Of a stretch of 32,201 bases of DNA, positions 17,832 through 27,524 are shown in pieces; positions within the stretch are counted from its first letter, which is position 1, and each line of letters starts with the position of its first letter. A model generated the notes under the pieces. That model did not search any database, was not told the DNA's origin, and saw nothing but the letters and a program-made list of their open reading frames with translations. Origin of the DNA: a virus (Duplodnaviria > Caudoviricetes); the IMG/VR virus record IMGVR_UViG_3300037313_002212, positions 1 to 32,201 of that record, one strand, 5' to 3'. Both the position numbers and the translations under genes were made by a program.

Positions 17832-19714
17832 TGCCGCATCAGAGCCACACACCACCATTGCCTATAGAGGACTATGCGATAATTGGTGACTGCACAACAT
17901 GTGCTATCGTTGGGAAGAATGGCTCGATTGATTGGCTGTGTTGGCCACGCTTCGATAGTCCGGCGTGCTTCTCCGCTCTGTTGGGCGACGCGCGTAATGG
18001 CCACTGGTCGATAGCACCAAACGTTGCAAATGCTCGTGTAAGTCGTCGGTATCGTGGCGACAGTTTAATATTGGAAACTTTATTCGAAACAGCCGACGGC
18101 AGTTTTGTTGTGATCGATTTTATGCCACCATTCAACGTCGCACTAGGGCCGTCCGGAAACTCATCATTAATCCGCCTGGTCGAAGGCCGGACCGGTCGAG
18201 TAACCGTGCGAATGGAATTGGTATTGCGATTTGATTATGGCGCATCAACTCCATGGGTAACGCGGCTGGATGAATGGTTCAACGGCATAGTTGCTGTTGC
18301 TGGACCAAATTTGATCACATTACGGACGCCGGTCGAAATAAGAGGCCACGACATGGAGACCACCAGCACGTTTGTGATCGAGTCTGGTCGCAGTGTACCA
18401 TTTGTAATGACCTATGGCCAATCGCACATTAGGCCACCAACACCAATTGACGCAATAGCTGCCCTCCGGGAAACCGAGGCGTTTTGGTCAGAATGGACCG
18501 GTCGCTGTGCATATCGTGGAGAATGGCGAGATGCTGTCATGCGTTCCCTTATAACGCTAAAAGCGCTGACATTTGTGCCGACTGGTGGCATCGTGGCGGC
18601 TGCAACAACATCCCTGCCAGAGCAATTAGGAGGTGAACGCAACTGGGATTACCGGATTTGCTGGCTGCGGGATGCCACCTTAACATTATTAGCCATGATG
18701 GAGGCTGGCTATTACGAAGAAGCATGCGCGTGGCGCGACTGGTTGCATCGTGCCGTCGCTGGGAGCCCTGATCAAATCCAAATAATGTATGGGCTTGCCG
18801 GTGAGCGTCGGCTTGATGAATGGATCATTCCGTGGCTGCCAGGGTATCAAGGCGCAGCACCAGTGCGTGTCGGCAATGCTGCGGCTGACCAACTACAGCT
18901 TGACGTTTATGGTGAAGTGATGGACGCCCTGCATCATGCGCGAGAAGGCGGCCTCTCCGCGCCACCAGCTAGCTGGACGCTGCAGGTAAGCCTCGTTGAA
19001 CATATTGCTGAGATTTGGCATGTCGCCGATGAAGGCATTTGGGAAGTACGAGGTGGACGGCGACAATTTACATTCTCTAAAGTAATGGCATGGGTTGCGC
19101 TTGACCGGGCAGTGCGTGACGCCGAGACGTTTAGCTTACCAGGACCACTCGATCACTGGCGCGACGTTCGCGATAAGATCCATGCTGCTGTTTGTGAACA
19201 AGGCTACAGCCAAACAAAGCACGCGTTTGTGCAAAGCTTTGGATCAGAGGATCTTGACGCTAGCCTATTGATGATTCCATTGGTCGGCTTCCTACCACAT
19301 GAGGATCCGCGAGTTCGAAATACAGTTGCAGCTATTCAGAAAGAGTTGATGGAGGATGGACTAGTCATGCGCTACCGGACTGAAACTGGCGCTGACGGTT
19401 TGCCACCTGGCGAGGGCGTGTTTCTCGCTTGCAGTTTCTGGTTGGTTGATTGCTTGCACATGCAAGGTCGAACCGCTGAAGCACAAGACTTGTTTGCAAG
19501 GCTGTTGTCACTACGGAATGATTTAGGCTTGTTGTCTGAGGAATATGATACACAGGCTAAACGCCTTGTTGGAAACTTTCCGCAGGCTTTTTCACATATT
19601 GCACTGATCAGCACAGCAATGAACCTATCGACATCGCACGCAGGTCCTGCCGATAAACGTCGGGATACATGGCTAGAAGGTAGTTTTTCTGAGCTTTTGG
19701 CTTCAAGGACGTAG
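17831..19714 (+). CDS. Glycoside hydrolase family 15 (trehalase/glucoamylase-like)
   Basis: IEDYAIIGD, IDWLCWPRFDSPA, AATTSLPE..GG.RNWDYR.CWLRD, QLDVYGE, DEGIWEVRG, LLSEEYD, GNFPQAFSH. Confidence 0.95.
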   Translation: MPHQSHTPPLPIEDYAIIGDCTTCAIVGKNGSIDWLCWPRFDSPACFSALLGDARNGHWSIAPNVANARVSRRYRGDSLILETLFETADGSFVVIDFMPPFNVALGPSGNSSLIRLVEGRTGRVTVRMELVLRFDYGASTPWVTRLDEWFNGIVAVAGPNLITLRTPVEIRGHDMETTSTFVIESGRSVPFVMTYGQSHIRPPTPIDAIAALRETEAFWSEWTGRCAYRGEWRDAVMRSLITLKALTFVPTGGIVAAATTSLPEQLGGERNWDYRICWLRDATLTLLAMMEAGYYEEACAWRDWLHRAVAGSPDQIQIMYGLAGERRLDEWIIPWLPGYQGAAPVRVGNAAADQLQLDVYGEVMDALHHAREGGLSAPPASWTLQVSLVEHIAEIWHVADEGIWEVRGGRRQFTFSKVMAWVALDRAVRDAETFSLPGPLDHWRDVRDKIHAAVCEQGYSQTKHAFVQSFGSEDLDASLLMIPLVGFLPHEDPRVRNTVAAIQKELMEDGLVMRYRTETGADGLPPGEGVFLACSFWLVDCLHMQGRTAEAQDLFARLLSLRNDLGLLSEEYDTQAKRLVGNFPQAFSHIALISTAMNLSTSHAGPADKRRDTWLEGSFSELLASRT

Positions 19715-19716
19715 AA

Positions 19717-20016
19717 ATGGCTGATAATCAGTATGTTGACAGCAATGGTATAATCCATCTCACACATGATCATCACCTGTGTGAATTATGGCGAACTGTT
19801 ATGAAACAACATATGGACATGTGCCACCAACACGGCTTAAATGCTGGCTCAGCAGCAAATTTGCTGGTTAATGGTGCCGCATATTTACTGGCCGCATTTT
19901 ATCTGAACGACAAAGAGAGGAGGATTGCAACGGCACATGAAATGGCTAAAGTGTTTGTAGCAAAAGTGGAGCAATCAGTCCATGAAATCAAACGGGACCA
20001 CCAGATCACTAGTTGA
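19717..20016 (+). CDS. Hypothetical protein
   Basis: 99-aa ORF immediately after the GH15 gene. Confidence 0.55.
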   Translation: MADNQYVDSNGIIHLTHDHHLCELWRTVMKQHMDMCHQHGLNAGSAANLLVNGAAYLLAAFYLNDKERRIATAHEMAKVFVAKVEQSVHEIKRDHQITS

Positions 20017-20191
20017 TTCAACTACCGGCCAGCCACTGGCAAACAGATGGTGCTTTGAGTGCCCGAGTTGTGAATTCTCACACGATGAATTGGGGAGGCT
20101 AGCAAGCGACGATGAAGTGCATTGCATCCTGTGCCTGCGCGATACCAACCACTTTGTGAGGTTACGAAAATGGCTGCCGGAAGTGAAGTAA
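19982..20191 (+). CDS. Small zinc-ribbon protein
   Basis: CPSC...CILC; GGAG upstream. Confidence 0.55.
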   Translation: MKSNGTTRSLVDSTTGQPLANRWCFECPSCEFSHDELGRLASDDEVHCILCLRDTNHFVRLRKWLPEVK

Positions 20192-20562
20192 CTGGACAGC
20201 TTAGCTTTGTCGATCCAACACAACAAGAGCTGAGGGCAGTTGCTATTGCCCTCATCCTTCAACGTGTGCATGACCTTGCGCACGGCCATGTCGATGCGTA
20301 TGCACAAATCCGTTCGACTAAGGACCTTATGCGTCTCGCCAGGACTGCTGACGACTTCCATTTCTGGCGTCGAATTGCAATGGACTATAAGATCCGAATT
20401 AGAACAGCAGCCGCAGTACTACAACGGATTGATCGAGATATCCGTGATCAAGGTCATGTCTTACTTAAACGGTTAGAAAAGGGTGACGATACAGTGCCAT
20501 TGATATTGGAATGGTTGAAAGGCGACAAAGATAGCTACTTGGTTGCTAAATTGCGTTGGTGA
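20170..20562 (+). CDS. Hypothetical protein
   Basis: ORF 20122-20562; ATG 20170 preceded by GAGG is the likelier start. Confidence 0.55.
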   Translation: MAAGSEVTGQLSFVDPTQQELRAVAIALILQRVHDLAHGHVDAYAQIRSTKDLMRLARTADDFHFWRRIAMDYKIRIRTAAAVLQRIDRDIRDQGHVLLKRLEKGDDTVPLILEWLKGDKDSYLVAKLRW

Positions 20563-20586
20563 CTTTTTTTATGTGGAGTGATCCTG

Positions 20587-20691
20587 ATGGACTTTAATCA
20601 ATGGTTGCGGGCAAGGACTGTGCCAAACTGGATAGTGGCCGTTCTTGCGATCTTAGCAATAGTCCTGCTTTTGGCGGTTATAGCGGATTAG
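20587..20691 (+). CDS. 34-aa single-pass membrane peptide (not in the ORF track)
   Basis: MDFNQWLRARTVPNWIVAVLAILAIVLLLAVIAD; GGAG RBS upstream; fills an intergenic gap. Confidence 0.55.
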   Translation: MDFNQWLRARTVPNWIVAVLAILAIVLLLAVIAD

Positions 20692-20702
20692 CACTGTAAG
20701 GA

Positions 20703-21107
20703 CTAGCTAGACACGTCTGGATGCCATGCATAGCCGCGTTTGGCTGCGTTTTCGAGGACTAATTTTCCGAACGTGTCAAATGTTATCGTGCCTGAGCGTG
20801 CCAAAGCTAGGTACGAGTTAGCAACAGCGTCAACAAATTGGTGATGGCTCCAGGAGGAGCCATCGTCATGTTTGACACTGATCCTCTTTGGCCGCTGTAG
20901 GTGATCCTGGAGGACAAAGGTAAGGGTTGGTCGGATGTCGAAAATAGTGTCTTCATACGACGACAGAGGACACCATTTTTCCTTTCCTTCATCCCATACT
21001 TTTCTGGTCATAAGGTGGATTCCCCAAGCGAATGGATTCAAAGTACCACATCCACATTTTGGAGCTGACGGATCCTCTTGCGAAGATTCAACAGGTGCAC
21101 GAAGCAT
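20703..21107 (-). CDS. Hypothetical protein
   Basis: 134-aa ORF; start uncertain, overlaps the HNH gene end. Confidence 0.45.
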   Translation of the reverse strand: MLRAPVESSQEDPSAPKCGCGTLNPFAWGIHLMTRKVWDEGKEKWCPLSSYEDTIFDIRPTLTFVLQDHLQRPKRISVKHDDGSSWSHHQFVDAVANSYLALARSGTITFDTFGKLVLENAAKRGYAWHPDVSS

Positions 21108-21472
21108 TGTTTAAGGATCTCCAATGTGCGTTTTTCACTATGGACAGCAGCGGCTAAACTTAGCTCCTCATATGGCCTGATCATATCACGCATATTTTGA
21201 ATATGCGTTCCAATTTCAAGATGATCTGGCGAACAACAAGGAGGATTGTTACACGTATGACGAACAAGATCAAGTGGCCCTATACCGCCACGTGTTAAAA
21301 ATACCATAGAACGGTGGATCTGGCGTTGACGGGTCAGTTGGTATAGTTTGGTTTTTTTGGTTATTCTACCATATCCTGCTTGGCTATATGGCCCCTGCCA
21401 GATCCAACAGCCAGTTTGTGGATCTTTGAAAACTTTTGATTCGATATAGTTGAGGGCTTCTTCTCTCGTCAT
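21038..21472 (-). CDS. HNH homing endonuclease
   Basis: GCWIWQG, GYGRI, HR, VRHTCNNPPCC.P.HL..GT...N..D; ATG 21472 preferred over TTG 21517. Confidence 0.88.
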   Translation of the reverse strand: MTREEALNYIESKVFKDPQTGCWIWQGPYSQAGYGRITKKTKLYQLTRQRQIHRSMVFLTRGGIGPLDLVRHTCNNPPCCSPDHLEIGTHIQNMRDMIRPYEELSLAAAVHSEKRTLEILKQCFVHLLNLRKRIRQLQNVDVVL

Positions 21473-21552
21473 AAAATACCTTTGGTTGAAAATTATTTTC
21501 GATAAAATTCGTTTCAAATTTAACCTGAATGGTGGTGATTGTTCAACATATC

Positions 21553-22743
21553 TCAGGGAGCCGGATAGGGATTAGATTTTATTTTTGTGATGTCTGTGAC
21601 AACCCAACCTTTATAAGTTATAGATTTTCTTTTGGCAGCCATTAGCATATGAATGCTGATTTGATGCTGTAAGCACAGATTTCTTAGTTCACTAGTATTG
21701 ACTGTTTGCTTCACCTCGTTTATTGAAACACAATATACTCGTTGTGCTTTTTTGGATGATGCAGCACTTAATTTCTTTTTGAGGGCTAATGATTCCTCCG
21801 CACTGCGTATTTTTATCCTTTTGCCCATAGGTGGACGAGGATTTCTGTACAGCATCCAACCATCGCATGGAATCCCCAATCGCCTTGTTCTGAGTATTTT
21901 GTTTCTGCAAAGATTTCGTGTCTTACAAAATTCTCCTAGCATTTTGGTTGTAAGATGATATTGCTCGTCACCTCTGACCAACAAGTAGACCGGCCTCAGC
22001 TGACGTGTGGCTGTTTTGTGTGCCTCTTTCATCTTTCTCTTGGATTCGTCAGTATGTTTCCGACCTGCCATCGGATTTTTATATGCAGAGTGAGACTCTG
22101 AAATTTTCTTGCAATGGACATCCGTCTTGGCAATACCTGATAAGCTCTTGCTTATCCTCCGTCTCGTATCAGGCGAATGAAGTGCTCCCAGCCGTGACGG
22201 AGGGGTACGTTTCTCAGATGCAATTGTTTCATTGTAATTTTTACGTTGTTGGTCCGTCCAACCTCGTTTACTACGCTCATAATTTCCTAACCTCGGGTAA
22301 GTATACTGTTTAGAGAGATTGAAGCTGTCGAATTCATGATTAACTTTTTGTTTTGTATTGCTTTCTTTTAAAATGTCCCGCTCAAGGTTATGAGGTGAAA
22401 GACTTCTAAGACATCTACGTGGTTTCGTGTCGAGACAAATATTTGTAAGTATTCCACCCTTATCCATAGATTTTCTGCCGTAAAATCTGATCCATTCACT
22501 TTCGACTGCATAAGCTTCTGGTTCGCTTAAAATGCTGTTCCGTATAATTTTTATAATCGGTTCCTGGCCATTTTCTCTTATAGAAGCGATAATATTTAGT
22601 TTCTCTCGATTAGAATGTCTGTGGCCGTGCGAACGCAGGTGAACTTTTACTCTGTTTTTTGTTCCTTTTCCGATATAAAATGGTTGGTTCGTTCGTGGAT
22701 CAACTAATGCATAAACGTAATACATCTGCGAAAAATTATCCAA
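21553..22743 (-). CDS. GIY-YIG homing endonuclease with NUMOD3-like repeats
   Basis: YYVYALVDPRTNQPFYIGKG...R, E..AY..E...I...G, LTN; repeats HSPDTRRRIS, HCKKISESH, GRKHTDESKRKMKE. Confidence 0.9.
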   Translation of the reverse strand: MDNFSQMYYVYALVDPRTNQPFYIGKGTKNRVKVHLRSHGHRHSNREKLNIIASIRENGQEPIIKIIRNSILSEPEAYAVESEWIRFYGRKSMDKGGILTNICLDTKPRRCLRSLSPHNLERDILKESNTKQKVNHEFDSFNLSKQYTYPRLGNYERSKRGWTDQQRKNYNETIASEKRTPPSRLGALHSPDTRRRISKSLSGIAKTDVHCKKISESHSAYKNPMAGRKHTDESKRKMKEAHKTATRQLRPVYLLVRGDEQYHLTTKMLGEFCKTRNLCRNKILRTRRLGIPCDGWMLYRNPRPPMGKRIKIRSAEESLALKKKLSAASSKKAQRVYCVSINEVKQTVNTSELRNLCLQHQISIHMLMAAKRKSITYKGWVVTDITKIKSNPYPAP

Positions 22744-22763
22744 ACCTTATGACTATAATCTCC

Positions 22764-22796
22764 TATTTATTGTCCAATATATTCCTAAAATAAATA
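22764..22796. promoter_or_regulatory. Back-to-back TAAATA late promoters (minus 22764-22769, plus 22791-22796)
   Basis: Located between the divergent GIY-YIG and tail tube genes. Confidence 0.7.
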
Positions 22797-22825
22797 TGGA
22801 AATAGATCTTTGGAGGAGTACTGCC

Positions 22826-23425
22826 GTGTCAGGGTCGGTCAGCAGTTCATTGTCAAAATTCGGCGTACCTTTAGGGGGAGGTAGTGGTCGAGGTGGACTT
22901 TTACAACCGAAGTTCAGCTATAGATTTAGAGTACGCGTATCACATTTTGGACCAATCGCTGGAGGCTTGGAACTCACACAGCAAGTGGAGAGTGTCGCAA
23001 AGCCTACAGTGAGATATAATGAAATTGAAGTGCACAGCTATAACAGCCGTGCCTACTTTGCTGGAAAACATGAATGGGAAGCGATCGAATTGGTGCTTAA
23101 AGATGACGTCACAAATTCAGTGACATCGCTTGTTACTCACCAAATTCAGAAGCAATTGAACCATTTCGAGCAGACATCGTTCGAAGCTGGTATCAACTAC
23201 AAATTCCTTACCTACATTGAAACAATGGATGGTGGTAATGATAACGTGCTTGATGCTTGGATCCTAGAAGGTTGCATGCTGACAAATGTCAAATTTGCGC
23301 AGCTTGACTATTCAACAAACGAATATCAGAAAATTACACTGACCATTCGGTTTGACAATGCCACAATGACGAGTGGATTGGAGACAGCAACACCGGAGTT
23401 GATTCCTGGCGTAACGGTTGGATAA
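22826..23425 (+). CDS. Tail tube protein (T4 gp19-like)
   Basis: LQPK..YRFRV, KP.V.Y.EI......YFAGKHEW..I, W.LEGC...V....LDY.......I.LTIRFD; GTG 22826 follows GGAGGAG. Confidence 0.85.
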   Translation: MSGSVSSSLSKFGVPLGGGSGRGGLLQPKFSYRFRVRVSHFGPIAGGLELTQQVESVAKPTVRYNEIEVHSYNSRAYFAGKHEWEAIELVLKDDVTNSVTSLVTHQIQKQLNHFEQTSFEAGINYKFLTYIETMDGGNDNVLDAWILEGCMLTNVKFAQLDYSTNEYQKITLTIRFDNATMTSGLETATPELIPGVTVG

Positions 23426-23427
23426 TA

Positions 23428-24558
23428 ATGGTATCATCACCGGCAGAACATGGTATAACGACTGATAATTCGGGCAAGCCGCTTCTTTTGCAAGATAGTC
23501 GGCTTGCTACGAACACTTTCGGCTTGGATGGTTTATACTATTACAGTGCACCCAAGCCCAAATACCTCTTTTTTGTCAGGTTTGTGCGCGTTGGCGCCAG
23601 TTCGACCACAAGTGTGTCAAATTTGGTGCCAAGCGTCGCTCAAGATATGACATCTGGCCAAGATATGGCGCATAACTTGGGGTTTATCGTTAAAACTGTT
23701 GACCAACCAAAGGTGTCACTCGAAACGGAAACGGTGAACCAATATAACAAAAAGAGAATCATCCAGAAGCGAGTAGAATATCAGCCAATCAACATAAAAT
23801 TCCACGATACTGTTGACAATCGTGTCTATCAGATGTTTCAGAGCTACTTTAAACACTATTATGGTGATCCGAATTCGCGAAATACACTGGATTGGTCACA
23901 GGATCAGATATCTGGTCAGTTCAAATCCAATGGCACTGGTTGGGGATTTATTGCATCGAATATGGTTGGAAGTTTGGCCGACTATTTCAATACATTGGAA
24001 GTGTATCAGGTTTTCGCCAGCTATTATAACCGCTATGACTTAATCAATCCGAAAATTACCGTGTTCGATCCTGATGAGCATGATTTCGCCGGCACGTCAA
24101 CTCACGAAATCTCGATGACCATTGCATACGAGGGCATCAACTACGTCGCCAATTCGACCAGCACACTACAAAACTCAAACCTAGTCGCGACTATGGGGTT
24201 GGATAAATCCGATTTCTATGAGCCGGAAGCGGCTTACCCAGTTGCAGCAATGTTTGGCCAGGACGGCTTTATCGACGACAGTAGTGGCTTGCTCCGTAAT
24301 CAAGGATTCGCCGGTAATTTTGCCTCTAACGTCCTCACCAATGTTTTTCAAAGCTTTGACGGTGGTAATAAGCTTAATATAGGTGGAGTTTTGAAGGGTT
24401 CCTTCAATCAGAGTGCGAATACTTTTCTGAATCAGAATAGTGTGGTAGGAAGGATTGGCAGCGGTGTGAGTTATAACGTGACGAATGCTGGCTTGATCAA
24501 TCAGACACCGTTATCAAGCCTCATTCCAAGCTTACGAGGGTTAAATTTGTTCGGATAG
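23428..24558 (+). CDS. Tail-tube-fold baseplate protein (gp54/gp48-like tube initiator)
   Basis: PK.KYLFFV.F, VK.VD.PK, NQYNKKR.....Y.PI.I.FHD, L.NP.I..F, I.YE; directly follows the tube gene. Confidence 0.6.
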   Translation: MVSSPAEHGITTDNSGKPLLLQDSRLATNTFGLDGLYYYSAPKPKYLFFVRFVRVGASSTTSVSNLVPSVAQDMTSGQDMAHNLGFIVKTVDQPKVSLETETVNQYNKKRIIQKRVEYQPINIKFHDTVDNRVYQMFQSYFKHYYGDPNSRNTLDWSQDQISGQFKSNGTGWGFIASNMVGSLADYFNTLEVYQVFASYYNRYDLINPKITVFDPDEHDFAGTSTHEISMTIAYEGINYVANSTSTLQNSNLVATMGLDKSDFYEPEAAYPVAAMFGQDGFIDDSSGLLRNQGFAGNFASNVLTNVFQSFDGGNKLNIGGVLKGSFNQSANTFLNQNSVVGRIGSGVSYNVTNAGLINQTPLSSLIPSLRGLNLFG

Positions 24559-24580
24559 CACGGCATACCATAAATAATGG

Positions 24581-25015
24581 ATGCCGTCTTTTGTGTCAGG
24601 TTTATATCGTCCGGTGAACCGGAGTAAGTATCTTGGAACTAACGTTCCAACATATAGGTCCTCGTGGGAACTTACGCTAATGCGTGTGTTTGACAATCAC
24701 GGATCAGTTCTTGGTTGGGCAAGTGAGCCGATTGCCATACCTTATCAGCAACCCTACACCGGTAAGTTCTGTCGTTATTACCCGGATTTCCTTGTCATAT
24801 TTGTCGACCGATTGGGCAAACAACACGCGGAGCTTATAGAGGTGAAGCCAGCGCGTCAAACCTTTGAGCACGCTACCAGGTCAAAACGCGATAGGGCAGT
24901 GTTAGCGATCAATATGGCCAAATGGCGCGCAGCGACTGATTTCTGCAAAAATCGCGGCATGAATTTTCGAATTATGACTGAGAACGAGATTTATCGGAAC
25001 CCGTCTATGCGTTGA
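24581..25015 (+). CDS. Head completion nuclease (T4 gp4-like, TnsA-type PD-(D/E)XK)
   Basis: YRSSWE, WASE...IPY, YYPDF, LIEVKP..Q, N.AKW.AA..FC, F.I.TE; TAAATA at 24571. Confidence 0.92.
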   Translation: MPSFVSGLYRPVNRSKYLGTNVPTYRSSWELTLMRVFDNHGSVLGWASEPIAIPYQQPYTGKFCRYYPDFLVIFVDRLGKQHAELIEVKPARQTFEHATRSKRDRAVLAINMAKWRAATDFCKNRGMNFRIMTENEIYRNPSMR

Positions 25016-25054
25016 ACTAAATAACGGCCTGTGTATTTCTCAGGTGGTAGGGCA

Positions 25055-25198
25055 ATGATCGAACCGAATGAGCCAAAACGACGCAAAATAATTGTTTATC
25101 CACTCCTTCTCACAGTGGCTATGATGATCTTGGTTGCTGATGCGATCGAGGGCGCTGCCCGACAATTTATCGCTCAATTAAGAACTCCCCGGCGCTAG
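25055..25198 (+). CDS. 47-aa putative membrane peptide (not in the ORF track)
   Basis: MIEPNEPKRRKIIVYPLLLTVAMMILVADAIEGAARQFIAQLRTPRR; basic patch then hydrophobic run; TAAATA at 25018. Confidence 0.4.
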   Translation: MIEPNEPKRRKIIVYPLLLTVAMMILVADAIEGAARQFIAQLRTPRR

Positions 25199-25206
25199 GC
25201 TAGCCT

Positions 25207-25731
25207 ATGACCCGACAAGTTGAGCATGCTTTAAATTTGCCTAGGTTGGAAGATGCACTCGGTGAGTTTTCTGACGCGATTCCAAACCTAAACAAAACCA
25301 ATGAAAAGGTCGATAAGATGGCAGCAGCACTTGAAAAACTTTCGCCATCTATGGTCGGCCAGGGTGTTGACGAAGAGGGCACTACAACACACGCCCAAGA
25401 AATGGATGAAATTTACAGCCAGGCGCTCAAAGCCCACAAAGAGATGCTCGACCTTGGCTACAATGTTGAATCCCGCCACGCTGGCAATATTCTAGAACCA
25501 GCCGCTCGTTTTCTTGAAATAGCTATGAACGCCAGCAAAAGCAAAAGCGAACAAAAGCTAAAAACACTCAAACTTCGCCTCGAAAAACGAAAGATCGATC
25601 ATGAGTTAGGCGAAAATGTATCAAACGGCATGATCGATTCCAACGATCCTAATTCCTTCATAGCGGATAGAAATGAATTGTTGAAAGATCTAGTTGGTAA
25701 GTTGAAAGAAACCAAGGTCAAGAAGAAATAA
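25207..25731 (+). CDS. Probable terminase small subunit
   Basis: 174-aa helical-hairpin-like protein ending in DRNELL; located between gp4 and terL. Confidence 0.5.
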   Translation: MTRQVEHALNLPRLEDALGEFSDAIPNLNKTNEKVDKMAAALEKLSPSMVGQGVDEEGTTTHAQEMDEIYSQALKAHKEMLDLGYNVESRHAGNILEPAARFLEIAMNASKSKSEQKLKTLKLRLEKRKIDHELGENVSNGMIDSNDPNSFIADRNELLKDLVGKLKETKVKKK

Positions 25732-25742
25732 AGGTGGGAGGC

Positions 25743-26120
25743 TCACTGACTAACAGTTTTACGCCGTTTTACTTTTGGTGCCGGCTGCGATGCTATCCAC
25801 GCTAGACCCTGGTCGACATCAACAACAGTCCTGCGGCCAATTTTATGGGCATGTATATAACCCTCGGCGAACGCTTTGTAAGTCGCTGCCCGAGACATGC
25901 CGCTAACCGCTGTCCATTCTCTCATACCCATATATTTTTTCGTGTTTGACCGCGCTTTGAATTGTTGCTCAGCACCTTCAGGTTGTGGTGCAAAAGTTTT
26001 TGGATTGATAACGATATCCTCGACCAGGTCTAAGACAAATCGTATATGCTGGAACAGTTCGATTATACGGCTGTCAATATGTTCTTGTTGTGACTGTTGG
26101 TGATCGCCAAGTCTGCGCAT
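25743..26120 (-). CDS. AlpA/excisionase-like helix-turn-helix DNA-binding protein
   Basis: MREWTAVSGMSRAATYK....G.I.A.KIGRRTVV. Confidence 0.75.
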   Translation of the reverse strand: MRRLGDHQQSQQEHIDSRIIELFQHIRFVLDLVEDIVINPKTFAPQPEGAEQQFKARSNTKKYMGMREWTAVSGMSRAATYKAFAEGYIHAHKIGRRTVVDVDQGLAWIASQPAPKVKRRKTVSQ

Positions 26121-26273
26121 ATCACTATCCTTAAGCTATGTTGTAACTTGTAGCTCCTAGCCGCGTAACGTCAACTGCTCGTTTGCAGCAATGGTAGAAT
26201 TGCGACATGAACCGGTGCCGCCTGCAAATCTAACTGTCCGCTAAATAATCTAAACCGCCTATAGGGAGTGTGC

Positions 26274-27050
26274 ATGCCTAGCTTCTTTGATTATCTTGTT
26301 GCATCAACCAAGGAATTTAGATACAGGATTCGGACTGTAGTACCTATTGATGATGTGATGATGGATCGAATCGAATATTTGCTGTCGAAGTATGACGTGG
26401 TGAGCATTGATGGTCCAAAAAAGACGATCATGCAAGCAAATCCACTTGACTTTACCACTCTCGTCGCAGCGGAGATCTACATCCTCGATATTGTAACTCA
26501 CATTCCGATTAGTTCGTTTATTCTGCAGCAAGAATTGAAACATATTCTTGGCACAACCGATTCGATGATCGTTGTGCGTGGCGAAAATGATCCCACTGAA
26601 ATCCAGGCAACACGGCAGGAAGAAGTTGTTGCATCCGACCTTGAGGCGATGCGAAAGGATCTAAGAAAGGCGCCACTCCTTTCCAATGACCCACGGTATC
26701 CCGAATATGAAACTGTGGTATCCGATGCGCCAATCGCTGGTGATGGCTATACAAAACGCTTCTTGAAATATCTCGCTAAAGTCGCAGCGGAACGTCTCGA
26801 AGTTGTGCCACCTATCCAGCCGGAAAATAAAAAGCGGATGTTCTCGTTCCTTGACGCCCATCCACTTGACCCTGACTATTATAAAGACGCGCCGTATGTG
26901 AAGCCGATGGCTGTGAAACCCGGCGCTAAGATTGATCCGTTACCTAAGACATCACCCTATGGCAACTTTGATGATACGATAAAAGGCCTCACTCGGACCT
27001 ATCTGAATAAGAATGGTGATGAAGTAGTACTAACCGCTAAAAAGGTCTAG
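26274..27050 (+). CDS. Hypothetical late protein, possibly virion-associated
   Basis: TAAATA at 26242, GGGAG RBS, ATG 26274. Confidence 0.65.
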   Translation: MPSFFDYLVASTKEFRYRIRTVVPIDDVMMDRIEYLLSKYDVVSIDGPKKTIMQANPLDFTTLVAAEIYILDIVTHIPISSFILQQELKHILGTTDSMIVVRGENDPTEIQATRQEEVVASDLEAMRKDLRKAPLLSNDPRYPEYETVVSDAPIAGDGYTKRFLKYLAKVAAERLEVVPPIQPENKKRMFSFLDAHPLDPDYYKDAPYVKPMAVKPGAKIDPLPKTSPYGNFDDTIKGLTRTYLNKNGDEVVLTAKKV

Positions 27051-27058
27051 GAGATAAA

Positions 27059-27520
27059 ATGCCCGACGTATCATTAACTATCAACTCTGGTGAAAACACG
27101 TATAGGATTGATGCCGATTCGTTGGCGGAACTGGCGCAATTGCTGAAGCTCGCCGGCATTTCTCCAATGGCCGCGCCTGACGATCCTGAAAAGTTGGCTA
27201 ACTTCCCGCCACAAGATGATGCCGACTGTATGGATGTTGATGTCGATAGTGACGGCAGTTTGGTTCCAACCGAGGAAAACGCTGACTATGACTATGGCAT
27301 AAATCCAACATCGCGCAAAGGCTATGAATACAACACCGACCCCTACCAGTATCAAGGCAACGCACAGATTCCTGTTAGATACGTGCCTGCTAAATCAGGC
27401 GACAATCCTCTGCCATTGTGGAATGAAGGCATTAAACAGTTTTCTACATATTTGAAAGAGGTGGAGGCCAGTAGGTTGCGCCGCCATAAGCCGGCTAAAC
27501 GATTTAACTCGAAACCCTAA
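27059..27520 (+). CDS. Hypothetical acidic protein
   Basis: 153-aa ORF with AGGAG RBS. Confidence 0.65.
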   Translation: MPDVSLTINSGENTYRIDADSLAELAQLLKLAGISPMAAPDDPEKLANFPPQDDADCMDVDVDSDGSLVPTEENADYDYGINPTSRKGYEYNTDPYQYQGNAQIPVRYVPAKSGDNPLPLWNEGIKQFSTYLKEVEASRLRRHKPAKRFNSKP

Positions 27521-27524
27521 ATAT

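Noticed and set aside
24581-25015. TnsA transposase of a Tn7-like element
   Set aside because: Motifs and context match T4 gp4 head completion protein; no tnsB or tnsC nearby.
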